DNA of 46,439 bases from contig JAUCBJ010007931.1 of assembly GCA_032718475.1 (NCBI GenBank), positions 1-46,439 on the forward strand, in the 5' to 3' direction. Below, in pieces: positions 22,930 through 34,931 of the stretch (its first letter is position 1; every line of letters starts with the position of its first letter). The position numbers were made by a program, and so were the translations under genes. This DNA is from Nemertoderma westbladi. Its lineage: Eukaryota > Animalia > Xenacoelomorpha. The notes under the pieces are model-generated. The model had not been told where the DNA came from. It made no database searches and was given only the letters and a program-made list of their open reading frames with translations.

Positions 22930-25290
22930 TTTATCTTTAATTATTTTGCACTCCACTCATCTGTACTACAAATATATCTTGATAGCGGTGTGCTCGCAAT
23001 TCAATTGGTGATGGAATTTTTTCTGATGTTAATGATGATAACCATATATTTCGGGTTTCAACTGTTTCCAATTCCGATACGTGATAAGCCATTATGTGAA
23101 CGAGATAACCTATATTTTTTAACATATCAAATTCAAATAGGGCATCTTTTCCAGCATCATATAAAAAGACTCTCCAGAGAAGACCAAATTCTGGACCATC
23201 AATAGTGGACCCCACACAAACAATGCTTTCACCAACAGTGAATATACCTCACCATAGTACTTTACTTTTTTAAATTCACACATTTTATCATTTTTAGAAA
23301 ATGTACCTTGTTTGCAATCAGATTGCGCCAAAGAACCACACATTAGGCTGTACAAAACTCCACTAGAATTTACTGTACGATGATAGCATACGTTCTGTTC
23401 TCTTGGTGACGATTAGATAGGAATTTAACTACATTTTTAAAACTTTGTTGGCCTTTCACCCATCTTTTGAGTACCCCATGCTGGGCCTCGAATCGCATGG
23501 CCCAATGGCATTTCGGAGGACCAAAATTTATAATGTCTTAAACAATGTGCGACATGTAATGCAATTTTGGAAACGTTTTCTCGTATAATTTGACAAACAA
23601 CTTTCCATGAGTAGATATTAACCAGTCTAAATTCATGACGTCGCTTTCTGAAATTGAATTTGACATTGATATTTGTACAATTCTATAAAGTTTCATAAAA
23701 CATATCCAGTTGTCATCGGTAGAAGAAAAATATTCACCAATAATTATACGTAATAATTTCAGGACCACGTAGGTTTGAATTGCATTCTGTCGCAACCCAT
23801 ATAAATCACCAGTTGCTAGATGAGAATATTCCACCTTTGAAGGACGGTCTGATTTTTCCTTGCCAGAGTAGTTGAATTCTACAATTTTCTCATTTAACTG
23901 TTCAATGGTTATACACTTCCGTTTACAAATGAGCAATTTCAAAAGTAGTTTAATATTTACTAAAGCAACTCCTTCCAGAATATCGTGATGGAAAACATGA
24001 ACCATACACGCTGTGATGTCAAAGTAAGGAACGTTAACGAGCGGACTTGGTCCATTAATACCAACCTCTGTTGAGATTTTCTTTCTCTCTGCCACAGAAA
24101 TATCGTTCGCTGTCAAAAGTGCTAGCTGCTCATTATACATTTCTGTTGTGCGAATATTTATACTGTTGTCATTTATGACTTGTTCAATATCCCTTTTGTC
24201 AACCATGCAGCTACGGCAGAATTTTGTTGCAGATGCACTTTCTTTAAATCCGCCAACTAGTGTGGTGGCAGGATTGTCTCCCACAAAGCAAATAAGGGCT
24301 CCAAAGTACCTTGTTTCGTTTATAAAGCAACCGTTTGACAAAACTTTCATTGCCCGTATGTAATCTGATAATATATCACTTAGATAGTCTCGAATATCAG
24401 TTGAAAAGCAGATGGCGTATAGAAAAATGCAGTATAATTTTGAACGAAACTTAGGCCGAATGTTTCCAAGCAACCAGTAAAAAACACCTACTTTGTGAAT
24501 TTTGGTGTATGGGCCAATTGGATTACAAACTTCAGCATCATCGTAATATAAAGCAAATTGGAGAAAAGTGGATCCAACTGCTACAGATTTAGCTAGAACT
24601 GGATGCTTTTTGTAAAATTCTCCATCCCTTAAGTCCGTAAAATTTGAATTGTGGTCGCTATTATTGTTTGCATTGGGACAGTGTGAAATTCCAATTTCAT
24701 TTAAAACTTCACAGTTTTGAAGCAATGGTTTCAATTGTTATAATAAAGGAACAAAACAGTATGTTGAATCATTAGATAGTTTTACGCAATGAGCTTCTAC
24801 AAAGCCGCATTGTTCAACATAAAATTTGTGACGTTTATGAGTGGTTAGTAGCTCTTCGAAAATATTTTTAATTGTGCTCCCATTAGCAGTATTATCTTGA
24901 CGGACATCTAATAACCCCCGAAAATTTAAGACAAATTCATTTACTCCCTTTTCCGTAATATTGTTTTCGCTTCATGCATTTCATTTGTTAAATTATCTGG
25001 TGCTCGGGAACTAATAGGATCAGTTAGTATTGGTAGAGGACAATTAGTTGTGGAAAATGAATTTGGTAATTTTTCATTAAAATCTCTTAGATTGGACGCT
25101 TCAATGTCAGTTTCCATATGCACAATGTCATCTTCCGTTGGTTCTGCAGTTGCTCTCATTGAATGAGATACTGATTCTATATACGGAGATATGTATTTAT
25201 GAAATTGATCTTGGGAATTAATATTGTGTCTCTTATGCATATGATCTCGCAATGCGTTGTAGGAAGTTATATGCAACATGCATTTATCAC
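22930..25290 (-). pseudogene. EnSpm/CACTA (CMC)-like transposase, frameshifted
   Basis: N-terminal H...H zinc-finger remnant; DLRDG, LYYDD.E..NPIG, HKVG.FY, N..P..RS, GDNPA...GGF.ES, FCR.C, HDILEG, PKLHYM.H. Confidence 0.85.
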
Positions 25291-25324
25291 CAACAACTTT
25301 GTTGCTCTCTGCAATAAGAGAGCA

Positions 25325-25442
25325 ATAGGCCTAATACTACAGTACTTCAAGCTACAGTCGATGTGGATAGGCCTAATACTACAGAACTTCAAGCTACAGT
25401 CGATGTGGATAGACCTAATACTACAGTACTTCAAGCTACAGT
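25325..25442. repeat. 42-bp tandem repeat, about 3 copies
   Basis: ATAGGCCTAATACTACAGTACTTCAAGCTACAGTCGATGTGG at 25325, 25367, 25409. Confidence 0.9.
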
Positions 25443-25599
25443 ATTATGTTACTATAACCAAGTTAAAAGAATGATTCAGATATCAGCTCTTATTGCAAAA
25501 ACCATGGGCTTTAATAATTAAAAAAAATACCGACAGTTATTCAACCAATCACAATAAAATATAAGTTTTAAATTTCAGCCAACCACTGCTGATTTAAAT

Positions 25600-26078
25600 G
25601 TTAAGTAACCAATGGATGAACACCCTCAATCTATAAAATAACTAGTAGTTTTTAAGCCACATATGTTAAATTTTAAAATAACCATTAGTTTTCAGATGTC
25701 ATAGAAGAAAATCCAGAGAACAGCCAGTTTTGTTAAAAAAAAAAGCCCATCAAAGGTAAAAATGCCACGAAATTTATAACATTTAGATATATAACCAACA
25801 GTTTACTTTAGTAAAAACATATTGGTTTCAATTAATAGAATAAGCAATAGTTTAATTGTCACAAAAACGGTGGATTATAGTGAAAAATATTTTTTTATAA
25901 ATAACCATTAGTTATCTGTAAAACAATAGTTGGTTATTTCATGGAATGAAAATATGTTTGAAAAATAGCCAGTTAAATTATAAGTTTTTACATAACTAAC
26001 AGTTTAAAATTTAAACAAATTGTTTATCTTATTAACTGTATGTTAATTAAAAAACCATCGGAAACTTTTTTCAGAGTA
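25600..26078 (-). mobile_element. Subterminal region and probable terminus of the EnSpm-like element
   Basis: Many TAACCA/TAACTA..AGTT motifs ending at TTTTTTCAGAGT (minus strand (c)ACTCTGAAAAAA-like). Confidence 0.5.
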
Positions 26079-26149
26079 CACACAGCCACTAAGTAATTTA
26101 TTTGTGTTTTAAGAATAATTGTGTATATGTGATGACAATAAACATCAAT

Positions 26150-26542
26150 CAACCACCTACCCTCTACGACTCAGATACTTCTTCGCCTACCTACCAACTC
26201 TCCAATCTATCTTATTCCACTCTGCCTTCTACCTCGCTCCGTCGCTCCGCCAGGGAGCCCCACTATCTCCGTCGGCAGCGGCCTGCCAAGAGACTACATT
26301 CGGCCGTGGGTGATGCCCATAAAATTGATGAGTTATTTTTATTTACTTATATTTATGGTTTATCAATATTCTAATAATAATAGTAGCTTAATTATTTGTG
26401 GTAGGAGAATGGAGGAGGTTGTTATTAGATAAATACAATGTATTATTAGTTTATTGACAGTCACGTTTATACATATTTATTTTATATATATTAATAATTA
26501 TAATATCATTATATCTGAAATATATTACATCTATATAATGTA
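26150..26542 (+). pseudogene. Diverged 3' fragment of the CCHC/Pro-Thr-rich gene family
   Basis: PTLYDS...YQLS.LS...EPHYLRRQRPAKRLHSAVGDAH plus 3' flank align to 42764-43172 and 46070-46424. Confidence 0.85.
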
Positions 26543-26913
26543 CCTACCTACCGCATAGCCCAGGATTAGTTGAATGGAAACAACTTTCACACCATCTGGT
26601 ATGTCAACTATAATACATTCCGTCTACCTAGTACATAGTTTATCATTACTTGAATGGGCCCCATAGGAACTATGATAAACCGCATTTTTAAAGTCTTAAA
26701 ATTTCGTAATGATTTGAAAAGATGTGGATATGTTTTATTTTTTCAAAGGCCGTTTGAAAGTGAAAGTTTCTTTGTTACGCAGTGTACAAAATGTGCCGAC
26801 CGTTTCACAATACTACATATTTTCAAATAAATTCAAATTAAATAATTTTGGCAATTTAATAATTTATTTACGAATTTAAATGACTACATGTAAAAAATAA
26901 TGTCATTCACGAA

Positions 26914-26984
26914 GCGGAATAGAAGAGTGGTTAGCAAGCTGGCATTCAACCTACGAGTTAGCTGTTCGATCCCAGATGACGGCA
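26914..26984 (+). other. Degenerate tRNA-like (SINE-head-like) sequence
   Basis: A-box-like TAGAAGAGTGG (26920) and B-box-like GTTCGATCCC (26964) at tRNA spacing; stems poor. Confidence 0.3.
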
Positions 26985-27454
26985 ATGTTGTTGAAACAAT
27001 GTGAAATATATAGTAATAAAAGAAACCCAAAATGCGCCGTTGTTTTTTGGACGCAGTAACTTTTTTTTTGAAAAGTCGTATGAATGTGAAAATAGGCGTG
27101 TTGCGTTAAAGCGTGAAAAATTACGTTAGTTAGAATTTTACAAAATTTCACTTCAACCAGCAGTTCATAAGTTATAACCAAAAGAAACATCACGCCAAAC
27201 ATTGCATTACCAAAAACGCACATCCTTTTTGAAAAATACTGTAAATGTGCCAGTTGCGTAGAGTGCCAAAGATTACATTTGTTTCTATTTTTCATAATGA
27301 AATTTAAGACAACTTTTCAAAACTTTTAACCAAAACAACAAACTGACTGCGTTAAAATTTCACCAACTTATATACGCTCTTACTTGAAAATTTTTCCAAT
27401 GTTATGTAGGGGAGGCATAGTTTGACCCCCCATTCTGAACGGTAATCTACGATG

Positions 27455-29240
27455 CTACTACTACTACTACTAGGATCGGCATGCTACATTGCAGCTGCAT
27501 TTTTAAGAATGCTGTGCCGGCTTGTGGAGAAAATTGCGCTGCCACAACTCCAGATGCGTCTCAAGAAAGTCATGGGCTGTCCACCATGCTTATTTACTCC
27601 ATGAGGCTGCCAAAGTACAAGATTATGCACTGGCTGGTCCTCACAGCGAAAGCAATGTCCTGCAAAGCGGAGGCGATTTTGTTCTAGTGTCAAGCTTGGG
27701 GGAACCAATGAGACAGACACCTCCAATGTTATATAGTGCCTGGTTGGAGATGTGTGCATTGTACTTGACACAATGAACCCGGCGTAGCATTCTTGTGAAT
27801 GTGCCATCCAGAGATTTGGTGTCCTCAGCAGTTAGAGCCCAGCATGGACTCCCATAGAGGAGTACTGGAACTACTGCTGCTCTAAATAATCGGACCTTAA
27901 ATTTCCGATTAATTCTCGGTGACTTCCAAATCCTGGAAAGCCTATTCAAGGCTGCCCATGCCTTTCCCTTACGTATTCGAAGGTCCTCACCTGACTTCCG
28001 GATCCATGATCCCAGGTAACAGAAGTCGTCCACATGCTCAAGCATACCATCCTTTGAGCTTATGCTCATCCGATCAGAGACTTGCTGAGGACTTTCAAAG
28101 TTAACTGTCAAAATTTTGGTCTTTCTGGAGTTAATAAAAAGACCAACACTAGAAGCAGCATGTTCTAATGAGCTGAGGAGCCGTTGGGCTCCCTCTAATG
28201 ATTCTGAGAGTACTCCTAAGTCATCAGCAAAGTCTAGATCAGTTAGGTACTTGGCAGGATTTCCTCGACTTATGGAGCCAGTAGGTGGAGTTATGATCAC
28301 CCCATCATCATTATAATGATCTAAGGACATGCGTAGAACATAGTCAACCACAATAATGAACAAGAATGGTGCAAGTGTGTCTCCTTGGAGGACGCCCCAT
28401 AACACTTCAAATGGTTCTGTGTCACCATCAACAGTAGACACAAATGTTGTCGAACCATCATATACTGATCTGATTGCTGCAATAATTTCATCAGGAATCC
28501 CATATAATGAAAGTATGCTGAACATACGTGAGCGAGAGACTGAATCAAAGGCCTTGAAGAAGTCAACAAAGATAACAGCCAGATGCCTGTCTTTCTTTTT
28601 TGATAACTCTTCAATTATCCTTCTAAGTGCCAAAATGGGCTCCATGGTCCCACGACCTTTACGGAACCCATTCTGATTTCCACGGAGCAGTCTCTCAATG
28701 GGATCCCTGATGCGATTTAATAGAATCCTATTGTATAGCTTTGCAGCAATCGAGATTAATGAGATTCCCCGAAAAGAACCATAGAGTGTTAGGTTGCCCT
28801 TCTTGGGAACTGGCACCAACTTATTTGTTTTCATTTCTTGTGGGACTCTTGTTGTTCGGTACATGTCTACTATGATGGGATAGATGAGCTTTAAACACTC
28901 AGGTATTTTAAAGACCTCAGGGGGAACACCATCTACTCCACTGGCACGATTGGTCTTAATGCTCTTTGCAGAAGCCTTCACTTCTGCAAAGGAGATATCG
29001 CCAATGGGAATATCTGGGAGTACAGACTCAGACACTTTTACTTCTATAAAGTTATCAGGCAATACCCTGTCATTATTGAGGAGCTTTTCAAAGTGGGCTT
29101 TCCAACCATTGAGGCGATCGGCTGGTGATTCAGCCTTAACCTTCCTTGGTGGTTGGTTGGCTTTTCCGCCCAGTAAGCAAATTGATCGATTTCCATGCCT
29201 GGGATGATTGCCTGCTGTCGTCAGCATCATTGATTTTCAT
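27455..29240 (-). mobile_element. 5'-truncated RTE-type LINE with (TAG)n tail
   Basis: RT ORF 27641-29230: ASGVDG, FRGISL, QNGFRKGRGT, FVDFFKAFDSV, GVLQGDTLAPFLF, DFADD, F.YLGS, VLLYG; frameshifted RLRFAGHC.R; (CTA)n at 27455-27472. Confidence 0.92.
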
Positions 29241-29694
29241 TTTCATTTTTCAACTCACTTCGATGTCCTCTTTCCGACTGTCCATCCAACCCCCAAACCC
29301 TTGTTTCAAAACGCCAAATATCGCCGTTCAAAAAATAATTTTTTCCAGTTCTAGAATTTTATCAATTTCAAAAAAGTTGCCATATTTTATTAACGCCTTT
29401 TACGGAATTTGATGGGGTTTTCGATTTTTATACTAAACGCGATGTCCTGAATCTCACTAGCCAAGTTTCAAGTGACCAATGTTAAGACTTCATACTTTTT
29501 GAACCATCAACCATACCCATATTTCAACTTTATAAAATTAATTTTAATTTGTTAATTAATTAATAATTATAAAAAACAATTCTTATTTTTTTAATAGGAT
29601 AGATATAATTACTTTAAATTTAACAATTAATTATATGATTGGATGGTCCCTATAGGTAGTAGGCATTTATTAAATTATTCATTAAAATTTCAGT

Positions 29695-29943
29695 CTGGTA
29701 AACGGAAATGGATGCTCATACTGCGCTGGTCGTTGTGGCAAAAGGAGACACAACAAAGCCACGTGTCCTATGTTCATTTACGATCGGTCCGTTCATGTAT
29801 ACGCTAATACCATGGACGAGGGTATGGTGATGCACGAAGGTATGGACATCGGAATAACTGAGTCTATAGACCAGGACGCCGATATGTCGGAAGCCAGTAG
29901 CGACTTTACCGAGTACGGCCGCGGGACGCCATCTGAACCCGAG
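29695..29943 (+). CDS. Short exon/ORF with C-x2-C-x8-H-x4-C zinc knuckle and acidic tail
   Basis: LVNGNGCSYCAGRCGKRRHNKATCPMF...; GC-richer island in AT-rich DNA bounded by TTTCAG (29688-29693) and GAG|GTTAG (29944). Confidence 0.55.
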
Positions 29944-31188
29944 GTTAGTTTAAATTTATTCAACATATTAGGATTTTAATTAATTATTTTTTTTTTAATT
30001 AATTAATTTTAATTATTAAAATTGTTTCTAGAATAATATATATATATATTTATCGCGATTTCTTATTACTGGGCGCATATAAATTGATGGAGTTTTCAAT
30101 TTATTAACTAAACTGCAATATCGCGTATCGGACTAGCATGGTTTCAAAATTCCAAAACGAGTTCTTCACTATTTGCAGGTTGATTTCGTTCTAGAATTAA
30201 GCAACAGGTAATAGATGGATTTCACAGTATTGACTTCATGTTATTGATTTTATTTTCAATTCTTAGATTGTACTCTTCTGTGTGCAACCGATTAACACAA
30301 TCCCAGTAGAAGTAAGGGGAGTGCTGATATAATCCTGTAATGAACATCGGAGTTAATATAAGAGTTTAAGGTTCAAGTAATTTCTAATTGGCACGATTTC
30401 TCAGCAAAATATAAATAATGAAAGCTTTATTATTTAGTGCTTAATTTACGTCGATATCCTGCGCCATTCATTACATGTTAGTTTGAGTGGCATCTTTCCA
30501 ACCTTTCAAGTAATTGCCAAGAGATATGAGCCTTGAGTTTGTCACTGAGACATTAGCCCTATGGCTGCCCCCAGGGTTTCAGGTTTCTCATTCACAGACA
30601 CATTTTCTTTACTGCTGTAGTTTTTACAATCGATATGGCCAAGTCCAAAATAGTGTAATAATAAATAATTGATAATATGATAATGCAAAGAATTATATTG
30701 TGTCTGTTTATTGTGATGGGCCGAGTGGTCTCCTTAATAGTATCTTGTGAAATCAGTCGAACAGTGTTTCCAGTTTGGGCTTTGTTTCGTTGCGACTTTG
30801 TATTTGCCACAATTTGAGTATTAAAAGCTGATGTTTTGAGGACCCCCTTGAAAACGAGATGCAACATGTTGAGGTTACCCTGCTTGAAGCAACCTTATTA
30901 TATGTTTTACTTAAATGCTTTCCAATATTATCATCCCTCATGAGAATGGTACAATATTTAGAATAATAGAGCTGTCCTAATTAGGAAATGGGATAAATAC
31001 GTACTGATATATGGATATTTCCTTAGCGAAATCCCTATTTAAAAAATAATAACCTTACATTAAACAACCAATGGGCATTAAGGAATGACGTCAATGACAT
31101 TTTAGGATATTTGATACTGTGGTACTTCCGACCAATGGAACCTTCATTAAGTATTCCAGTCTTTACATTGCGCGCATGTACGTTCAAC

Positions 31189-34100
31189 CATGGCCTACTA
31201 TATTATACGGCCTGATAGGTCACCTTATCAATCAGCCTCGAAAATCAAGGCCATTGTTTTAGTCTGTTATTTATTCTTTTAGAGACGCTATAAATAATGT
31301 TTAAATTCAAAGATGTAGAGAATAATCGATGTAGGTCTACAATGTAGATCAATGTGGAAATAATATTTTTTTTTCTTATTTATAACTAATATATTATAGA
31401 TAGATATAATATAAAAAGGTAATGAATTTCGCTTTAAGTATAGGAAAAGTGATGAGATTCAAAGTTATGTTGTCAAAACTATATATCTCATTGTGTATAA
31501 CGTAGTACTTGTATCTCAAACAAGTCCCAGCTGTAAATATTTACATGAACGAGCGAAGCGAGTGAAATATTGAAACGAAGGATGGAAGTGATATACAGGG
31601 ATTAAGGTAAATTAGCTGCAATAATAAATATGTTAATACGTAGTAACTCAATAATTCATTTAATCACAATTTAATTACTTATCCTTTAATAGCTGTCTTT
31701 CCTTAAAACTTCTGATACTATCTACGCGCCTTTCGTCAGTTTTGTCGCGCTGTGTATTGTTGAAAAAAATATTAACAATAGTGCGGTGCAATATGTCTAC
31801 TAGATGATTATGGTTATCACAAAAAGAAATATCTTCAGAGTGGTATAGACCATAAGTCTTTAAAAAATGTAATGCTAACTTTCGTGCAGGAACTTTAGAA
31901 CTATAAAATAAAGTTTCTACACATTCCAGCCTAATAAAGCAGCTGGCTATGCTATTAGTGAACTCATCACTCGGAACTTTAAGTCCACTTCGGTTGAGGA
32001 TATTAATATATTCGTTCGACTCACTAGAAATAGAATCTTCAACTTCTACCATAACTAAAGTGGGGCAGTACTTGCAGGATTTGAACTCCTTAGAATCCTT
32101 ACTATGCAGTTTTCTAATTAAATAACCAGCAATGTATCTTACAACTTCTAGACTTTCACCTTGAATTTGCGATTCTAGAATAGAGTTTTCTAAGCAGCGT
32201 ACAGCAATGTCAAATTCATGAAATGATTCAACTTCCTTGCGGGCATCAGGCTTTATAGAATCCTCAGCCCAGAAATCGATTTCGCTATGCAAGAGAGTAC
32301 GTAAACGGGAAATACGTTCAGAATTGTTTACCTCGAGTAAAGAAACCAAAAAACGCCCGCCGCTCATTTGTCTATATTGTGAATATCTCAATTCGAGAGG
32401 GTCCGAACTTAGTCTAGATGTTAACACATACTGAAATCCTTCAGCCAATAAATCATCAATCAAATCTGCTGAGCCACGTAGCGTTTGAATGAAGGCATTT
32501 CCCGTCTGTGGTGTTAATGTGTTCCCACGCCAGCTATCGTACGTATTACCCAATTGCCAAGTACTAATCCAGTCTGCCAAAACACGAAAAAACGTAGTTT
32601 TGTTATCACCCTGTTCAACTGCATTTCCGAGATAATTGTTGGGATGGTATCTTTGTTTGGAATTGCTAATGATCCACCAGTTATGAATAAGCGATAAAAA
32701 CTTAGCTGAGGAAATTCGGTTGGGAAAATATCTCAACATAGCGACTGTAGTCTGCTCATCGAAAATAGCCAATGCCAGCGGTACTGACTGTTTATTGTTG
32801 CCTGGGTGGATTGCTCTGTATGTTAACTTGGGGGCCATGTGCAAATGGGAATCTAGCTGATCTTTATCGTGCAAGTCAAAGAGATCTTTCCACCGACATT
32901 GACCCTTAGGCAAAGATATGATATCTTTAAAAGCATTAAAACAAAATGCTGGAAAATAAAATACTTTCCCATTTAGAAGACTGTTTCGTAAATTCTTTAA
33001 TAAATGCACGTTATCGTAGAGTAAGTAAACCTTGAATCCACTGAAAGTTATTACACGGTTCATTAAGTTGTCAAGTGGATAACTTCGATGACATTCTAGT
33101 GGGGGATACTTTTTAAATAGGTTTGCAAACATGGAGACATTAACCGACAGATTATCGGTTATTATAGCACGTACCTTTAGACCAATGTCTAGACATTGTT
33201 GAAGAACAGAAACGGTTTCATCGGTTTGCCAACTAGATCTGAGGCTTACTATAGGTACTGAATGGACAATGTAAGAAACTCCTTTCATCAGACTAACGAC
33301 CATAAAACAAACAATCTCTGTGTATAAAACTCCTTTACTATTCATTCCTATAAGTTCGCCTTGGCTGTAAGTTACGGCTTTCTCTAATTTCATTCCATCT
33401 ATTAATAATACAACATCCTTATCTATAGTCCCTTTTTCGATCAAAGCCGAAAGAGCTCGTAAGGCATCCACACCACCAGATTGGAGTTTATTTAATACCG
33501 ATATTGAAGGCAATTTTACCTCCTTTAGTAATAATCGATAAGATTGAGCTGATGTGTAACGCATCATAAGAGCGAAACGGATAACGTTATGAGAATAAGG
33601 TGGTCTGGCGTATTTATCATAATGTTGCACTTTCAATACCTCTTCAAAAATATGCGAACGATTCAAGTTTCCAATGTTGCGCAAATAGGTGACAAAGTTT
33701 TCAATTTGCGTCAAATTGGTCAACTTCGCAGAGGAAGATTTCGTAAACCAAAGTGGCAATGGAACTGGTCGCTGAGCATAATCAAGTTTTACATGCAGAT
33801 CGGGCGTTATTTTAATAACCTCCCAGAGTTTAGGCATCCCACGCTCGCCATCTATTTCCAACCGATAAAGAAGTAATCTATCCTCATTTTTGTCAAACGT
33901 ATAACCAGAAGGACAGCAATTGATGGTTAGGTCTGCGAAAGTTGAGACTTTATACCGGCTATTGAATTCCTTTATTTCGTCGGGTTGGTAAACTCTAGGC
34001 GTTGGCTCCTTCCGTGGCTGTTTAACAGTAGGTGTTAAAGAATCTGGTGTTCCTGGAGTCGCGATATTTGGTACTGGCGAAATAGACCAGTCTAAAGCAA

Positions 34101-34931
34101 CATTTCCAGCTGGTGTTATCTTAAGGAATTGCTGTTCAAAGTGATCACTGCAGATTCGCGAATGAGTTGACACCGAAAAATCTTGCCTGTTCACGAATTT
34201 AACCCATCGCTGTTTTAAATCCTCATTGCTGGGGAACATAAAGCTTGGCTTCCGAGGCTGACCTTTATACCCGGTTTTACAATTATATATACAGCATTTA
34301 TTAACCATACTGAGCATTGAATTTACTGACAAAACATTTAGCAGATTACTCTAGGCTACTTTCAGACTGTTGTGCGTTGTATTTGGTATTACTGTATTAG
34401 ATGCCTACCCAGCAGCCCAGTTACCTCCAGAGCAAATTGCAAATCTCGCTTTCTGATGCAGGTTGTAGGGTCGAGGTTAGGGTCTGAACTTACAACCTTA
34501 CAAGAGCGGCGTCCCGATAAACCATAATTAAAATTGTTACCGGTACATAACCTGTAACCCTAACCTTACACTCCTAAAGCCCGAAGTGGTGCTGAGGCTC
34601 TAACTGTCTAATCTAATTAGAAGGGCATGGCAATATTACTTAGGCCTATGGTTTTGGCATGACCAACTACCGGTAACTAGGTAGGTATTGATACAGACAC
34701 ACACAGCCTGAGACTCTGACAATGGACAATACCGACAGTGGATTATATTACAGTAATGCAGTAGTAACTGCTGACCTGTCTGCCTGTAGCGGTAAGCCTA
34801 CCCTGTACCGCATCCAGCATGAGTCAGTCAGACAGACAACAGGTAACACAATCAAAATTCTAAAACTAATGGCCTTGATTTTCGAGGCCTGATAAGGTGA
34901 CCTATCAGGCCGTATAATATAGTAGGCCATG
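31189..34931 (-). mobile_element. Full-length P-superfamily transposon
   Basis: 42-bp perfect TIR CATGGCCTACTATATTATACGGCCTGATAGGTCACCTTATCA (extends to ~65 bp with a small indel); 7-bp TSD GTTCAAC at 31182-31188 and 34932-34938. Confidence 0.96.
31675..34317 (-). CDS. THAP-domain P-element transposase (THAP9-like), uninterrupted ORF
   Basis: THAP CC..NC...FP....W....ICSDHF; SAQSY..L...LPS; LLIDGM, ITDN, YDNVHLLKNLRN, KQSV.LA..IF, SSDPLE..Y...R..SG; YIAGY, CxxC, C..H. Confidence 0.95.
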   Translation of the reverse strand: MLSMVNKCCIYNCKTGYKGQPRKPSFMFPSNEDLKQRWVKFVNRQDFSVSTHSRICSDHFEQQFLKITPAGNVALDWSISPVPNIATPGTPDSLTPTVKQPRKEPTPRVYQPDEIKEFNSRYKVSTFADLTINCCPSGYTFDKNEDRLLLYRLEIDGERGMPKLWEVIKITPDLHVKLDYAQRPVPLPLWFTKSSSAKLTNLTQIENFVTYLRNIGNLNRSHIFEEVLKVQHYDKYARPPYSHNVIRFALMMRYTSAQSYRLLLKEVKLPSISVLNKLQSGGVDALRALSALIEKGTIDKDVVLLIDGMKLEKAVTYSQGELIGMNSKGVLYTEIVCFMVVSLMKGVSYIVHSVPIVSLRSSWQTDETVSVLQQCLDIGLKVRAIITDNLSVNVSMFANLFKKYPPLECHRSYPLDNLMNRVITFSGFKVYLLYDNVHLLKNLRNSLLNGKVFYFPAFCFNAFKDIISLPKGQCRWKDLFDLHDKDQLDSHLHMAPKLTYRAIHPGNNKQSVPLALAIFDEQTTVAMLRYFPNRISSAKFLSLIHNWWIISNSKQRYHPNNYLGNAVEQGDNKTTFFRVLADWISTWQLGNTYDSWRGNTLTPQTGNAFIQTLRGSADLIDDLLAEGFQYVLTSRLSSDPLELRYSQYRQMSGGRFLVSLLEVNNSERISRLRTLLHSEIDFWAEDSIKPDARKEVESFHEFDIAVRCLENSILESQIQGESLEVVRYIAGYLIRKLHSKDSKEFKSCKYCPTLVMVEVEDSISSESNEYINILNRSGLKVPSDEFTNSIASCFIRLECVETLFYSSKVPARKLALHFLKTYGLYHSEDISFCDNHNHLVDILHRTIVNIFFNNTQRDKTDERRVDSIRSFKERQLLKDK

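Noticed and set aside
30430-30990. Degenerate coding-like minus-strand fragment
   Set aside because: Could not be assigned; only short broken ORFs
34460-34570. Telomere-like TTAGGG/CCTAAC motifs in the P element
   Set aside because: Only isolated copies, not an array
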